Assembly: GCA_964016885.1 (NCBI GenBank)
Contig: OZ024747.1
Span: 9,486,001 to 9,550,000 of the forward strand
Source: Eledone cirrhosa
Taxonomy: Eukaryota
Length of the DNA stretch: 64,000 bases
Direction: 5' to 3'
The position numbers and the translations under genes are program-made. The notes beneath the pieces were generated by a model. That model saw only the letters and a program-made list of their open reading frames with translations. It ran no database searches and was not told the origin of the DNA. How positions within the stretch are numbered: the stretch's first letter is position 1; each line of letters starts with the position of its first letter. This document shows, one piece after another, positions 61,828 to 64,000 of the stretch.

Positions 61828-62568
61828 GTGTGTACTTAACTTATCTTTTATATTTTGTTTGGTGAGGTTTTCTCAAGAATGGATGTCTGTTGGGGTTGGA
61901 TTGTTGCTGTTTATTATCAACACCACCACCACACATGTTCTCACTGCTTTGTTACACCACTACACAACATATTGTCACTACTACACTACACCACCACACA
62001 CCATAGACTCACTACTACACTACACCACCACCACACATGTCCTCACTACTACACTATACCACAACACAATATACTCACTACTACACTACACCACCACCAC
62101 ACAACATATTGTCACTACTACACTATACCACAACACAATATACTCATTACTACACTACACCACCACATAACATATCTTTACTACTACACTACACCACCAC
62201 CACCACCACACAACATATCCTCACTATCACACTACACCACCACACATGTACATATTACCAAACATCACCACCACCACATCCTTTCTATCATATGTTGTGT
62301 GGTAGTATAGTAGTGAGGACATGTGTGAGCTGTTGTGTGGTAGAGAAGACATGTGTGTGATGTTGTGTGGGAGAGAGGACATGTGGTGTTGGAAATACCA
62401 GTAATATACTGCGGGTTAACTATAAACGATAATAACTACATATCTTTATGAAAGTCTATATGTGAAGTAAGTACCAGTAATATACTGAGGATTAACTATA
62501 AACAACAATAGCTACATTTCTTTATGAAATTCTATATCAAAGTATTTTTTCTCCTTCAAACTGTTCAG

Positions 62569-62754
62569 TCACTCTGGAAACTCCATAAAAACACTTCAGG
62601 CCCAATACTGGAGAGATTACAGATGTTTTACCTTCCTCCTTGTAAACATCGGTGGGTGACAGCAGCCTGTTTATTACCTGGGGGTCACACATTGGTCTCT
62701 GGTGACCGCAGTGGCTCTCTTTATATGTATTCACTGGAAAAATATACCAATGGG
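62569..62754 (+). CDS. WDR6: WDR6 exon 14 (...FYLPPCKHRWVT...GDRSGSLYMY...)
   Basis: LPPCKHRW and GDRxGS motifs; 186 nt. Confidence 0.88.
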
Positions 62755-63069
62755 GTAAGGTTTCACTTTTCTTTCTCTCTCTAACTCCCACACTTTCCCC
62801 CTTACTTTTTATCCCTATCTCTCTCTCTCTCTCTCTAACTCCCACACTTTCCCCCTTACTCTTTATCCCTATCTCTCTCTCTCTCTAACTCTCACACTTT
62901 CCCCCTTTCTCTTTATCCCTATCTCTCTCTCTCTCTAACTCTCAGACTTTCCCCTCACTCTTTATCCCTATCTCTCTCTCTCTCTAACTCTCAGACTTTC
63001 CCCTCACTCTTTATCCCTCCTGTCTCTGTTTTAACAGTAATAACATCTTACATTTTGGTTATAGATAAT

Positions 63070-63521
63070 AATGTCTAGCTTAGGCACAAGACCAGAAATT
63101 TGGGGCTGGGAAATAATGATTTCTGATTTAAGCACAAGGTCAACAATTTTGGGGAAGGGCAAGTCGATTAAATTGACCCCAGTGCATTACTGGTACTTAA
63201 TTTTATCGACCTACCCTGTAAAGATAAAAGGCAAAGCTAACTTTGGCAGGATTTGAACTAACTATATGCCACAAAGCATGTTGTCCAGTGCTCTTCCTAT
63301 TCTGCCAATCAACTGTCCTAGCATCCTAGTGATAGTAATAATTGTTTCTACTTTTGGCACAAGGCCATCAATTACCCAGTACATTACTGGTACTTTATTT
63401 TATCGACCCTGTAAGGATGAAAGGCAAAGTTGACCTCGGCGGGATTTGAACTCAGACCTTAAAGGGCCGTAACTCTATGCTACAAAGCATGGCGTCCGAC
63501 CCTCTACCGATACTGCCAATC
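63070..63521 (-). mobile_element. Two SINE family 1 copies
   Basis: Reverse-complement consensus occurs twice. Confidence 0.8.
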
Positions 63522-63780
63522 CTAGTAATAATAATAATAGTGATGATAATTTCTTTATTTCAGTGGTTTCTTACATTGGTACAAAGGAAAATGTGGTGGA
63601 GTGTAATTGGTTAAATTGACACCAGTATATCACTGGTATATAGCTTTATCAACATAATGACAGATTGTCTTTAGTTTTGGTCATGATGGTAGTAGTAGTA
63701 ACTAATGTTGTTGTAGGTGGGGGTAATTATCAGCTACTAAATATAAAAGCAATAACCCTGTACCTCTTATATTTACCCAG

Positions 63781-63942
63781 GTTTGTCAGCCAGAACAATG
63801 TTTTCCGAAACTCCATGGCAAGGTGGGGGTTACAAATGTGTGTTACCATGACAACCATGTGTACACAGCTGGCAGGGACGGTCATTACCGGCAATACACA
63901 TTGACGGAGGAAGGCACTCTCATACTTCTCAATAGTAATAAG
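63781..63942 (+). CDS. WDR6: WDR6 exon 15 (...LHGKVGVT...YTAGRDGHYRQY...); gene continues beyond the window
   Basis: HGKxGVT and GRDG motifs; 162 nt; donor GTTAGT. Confidence 0.88.
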
Positions 63943-64000
63943 GTTAGTGTTGTTGTTGTTGTTGTGTGGACCTAGCTCAACTCAGGTTCAACAGATCTAT

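Overview
Eukaryotic, AT- and microsatellite-rich animal DNA; the repeat content suggests an octopus-like cephalopod (inference). Two protein-coding genes are supported on the + strand: a two-coding-exon glass C2H2 zinc-finger gene (15961-18960) and the first 15 exons of WDR6 (49597-63942, continuing past the window). WDR6 has a U12-type intron and a triplicated splice acceptor. Nearly all other listed ORFs are translations of simple repeats. The rest is tRNA-derived SINEs, LINE fragments (RTE, CRE-like, R4/Dong-like), hAT and Tc1/mariner MITEs, a decayed hAT transposase, two Helitron-like elements and minisatellites. The main hidden signal is about 16 type I hammerhead ribozyme motifs from at least five sequence families, folded here by eye. 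They sit in fold-back or tandem elements inserted in (TA)n tracts. They include a 595-bp tandem retrozyme-like unit and a 38-nt minimal motif, both with a compensatory U3-A8 core, plus a family with a conserved C-C mismatch in stem II that is linked to an internally deleted Penelope-like element. Ribozyme activity is untested.
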